Program-made: the position numbers and the translations under genes | Part shown: piece after piece, positions 18,789 to 20,000 of the stretch | Numbering within the stretch: position 1 is the first letter of the stretch | Layout of the letters: each line of letters opens with the position of its first letter | Source of the DNA: Saprolegnia diclina VS20 | Lineage: Eukaryota | Assembly: GCF_000281045.1 (NCBI RefSeq) | Contig: NW_008246090.1 | Span: 625,051-645,050 of the forward strand | DNA length: 20,000 nucleotides | Reading direction: 5' to 3' | Notes under the pieces: generated by a model | What the model saw: only the letters and a program-made list of their open reading frames with translations | The model's database searches: none | Told to the model about the DNA's origin: nothing

Positions 18789-20000
18789 ATGTCGGTCGTG
18801 CGCGTGGGTCCGCGGCACTCGCCGTCCAAGCGCTCGCTCGTTCCGATCTTCGCACCCCGCAGCTACGTCCACGTTGTCGGTGTCGCGTACGTGCTCGCTT
18901 CGATTGCGCTGAGCTTTCTTGCGCTCGATGTCATGTCGGCTGCGATGACGACCAACTTTTTTGTGCCGGCGGTCGATGCATCGCTGAGCCTTTTGCTCCA
19001 GCGCTTGAACGACGAGCTCACGCTACCGAATCAAACTTCACCGAGGTCCGTCAACGTCACGACCGCGCTCCTCTCGGACAGTGGCGTCGTCGCGGCAGCC
19101 TATGCGCGTCGCGTGGTACACGAAGACCTCACGTCGCTGGAGGCGGGCGTCACGGGACTTCGCAACTTGGCTATCTCTCNNNNNNNNNNNNNNNNNNNNN
19201 NNNNNNNNNNNNNNNNNNNNNNNNNNNNNNNNNNNNNNNNNNNNNNNNNNNNNNNNNNNNNNNNNNNNNNNNNNNNNNNNNNNNNNNNNNNNNNNNNNNN
19301 NNNNNNNNNNNNNNNNNNNNNNNNNNNNNNNNNNNNNNNNNNNNNNNNNNNNNNNNNNNNNNNNNNNNNNNNNNNNNNNNNNNNNNNNNNNNNNNNNNNN
19401 NNNNNNNNNNNNNNNNNNNNNNNNNNNNNNNNNNNNNNNNNNNNNNNNNTTGGACAGGCATGTGCCGGGCAGCGTTGCCGACGAGATTGCACTTTGGTCG
19501 CGCCTCGGGTTCTCTCATTTTTCACTGCAATTTGGGAACGGGTTCGAGACTGGTTTGGCCGAATCTGTTTCTATTCAAAACGCTCTCGGGCTGCGCTATG
19601 CGGTGTCGCTCAAGGCCTCACCACCCCGGAATCGCATGCCCTATGCGTCGACGTTGGTCTTTTATAACCTCTTTTACAACGACCTGTACGCGATCGCCGC
19701 CAACGCCAGCTTGGTGCGCAACGCGCCTAGCTTCTTCGGCCACACGGACCCGTTTGCGATCGAGACGTTTGTCGTCCAACGACCCCTTACGCCCATCAGC
19801 ACCATCGTACACGACGCGATTGGGTACATTGGTGCCATTGATGCCCTTTGGGTACGTGCGCCAGACGACCTAGTCGCCGCCGTTGGCACGTTCCAGCGCC
19901 ATTTTGCCGCGCTTCTCGAGGGCAATACGACCGCACGGTCGCTCTTTGAGCACCTTCCGTCCGAGACGACAGTTCAACTACGGCCGTCGCTCTGGGCCGA
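18789..20000 (+). CDS. Second member of the large multi-pass membrane protein family (3'-partial, gap inside)
   Basis: N-terminal TM segment followed by AMTTNFFVP and YARRVVHEDLTSLEAGVTGLR. After the gap, a frame from 19450 is open to the window end (absent from the ORF track): EIALWSRLGFSHFSLQFGNGFETGLAESVSIQNALG...VHDAIGYIGAIDALWVRAPDDL, which aligns with LQDTIGPFGNVDMVYIAPPQSL of the gene at 2-3797. Confidence 0.82.
19180..19449. other. Gap (N run, 270 nt)
   Basis: Run of N inside the second membrane-protein CDS. Confidence 0.99.

Overview
Gene-dense eukaryotic DNA with many very short (mostly 43-67 nt) GT-AG introns and three N gaps. It is most consistent with an oomycete of the Saprolegniales (inferred from intron size, GC-rich codon style and a lineage-typical membrane-protein family). 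In order: the 3' part of a large, internally duplicated multi-pass membrane protein (+); a ~45-nt-period degenerate repeat; a POLE3/DPB4-like histone-fold gene (+) tail-to-tail with RNase P/MRP subunit RPP30 (-); a possible small cryptic spliced gene (-); an LRRC9 ortholog with an ADP-ribosyltransferase-like middle domain (+); the 3' end of an unknown gene emerging from a gap (-); an EF-hand/WD40 gene of WDR49/WDR64 type (-); a hypothetical gene (+); an atypical dual-specificity phosphatase with IGPxLPP motifs (+); and the 5' part of a second member of the membrane-protein family (+). All splice models were built by hand and family calls rest on motif recognition, not database searches. I found no mobile element, CRISPR array or structural RNA gene, and no clear new multi-gene system. 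The best leads are the two-module membrane-protein family, the periodic TCTGG array, and two genes missing from the ORF track.
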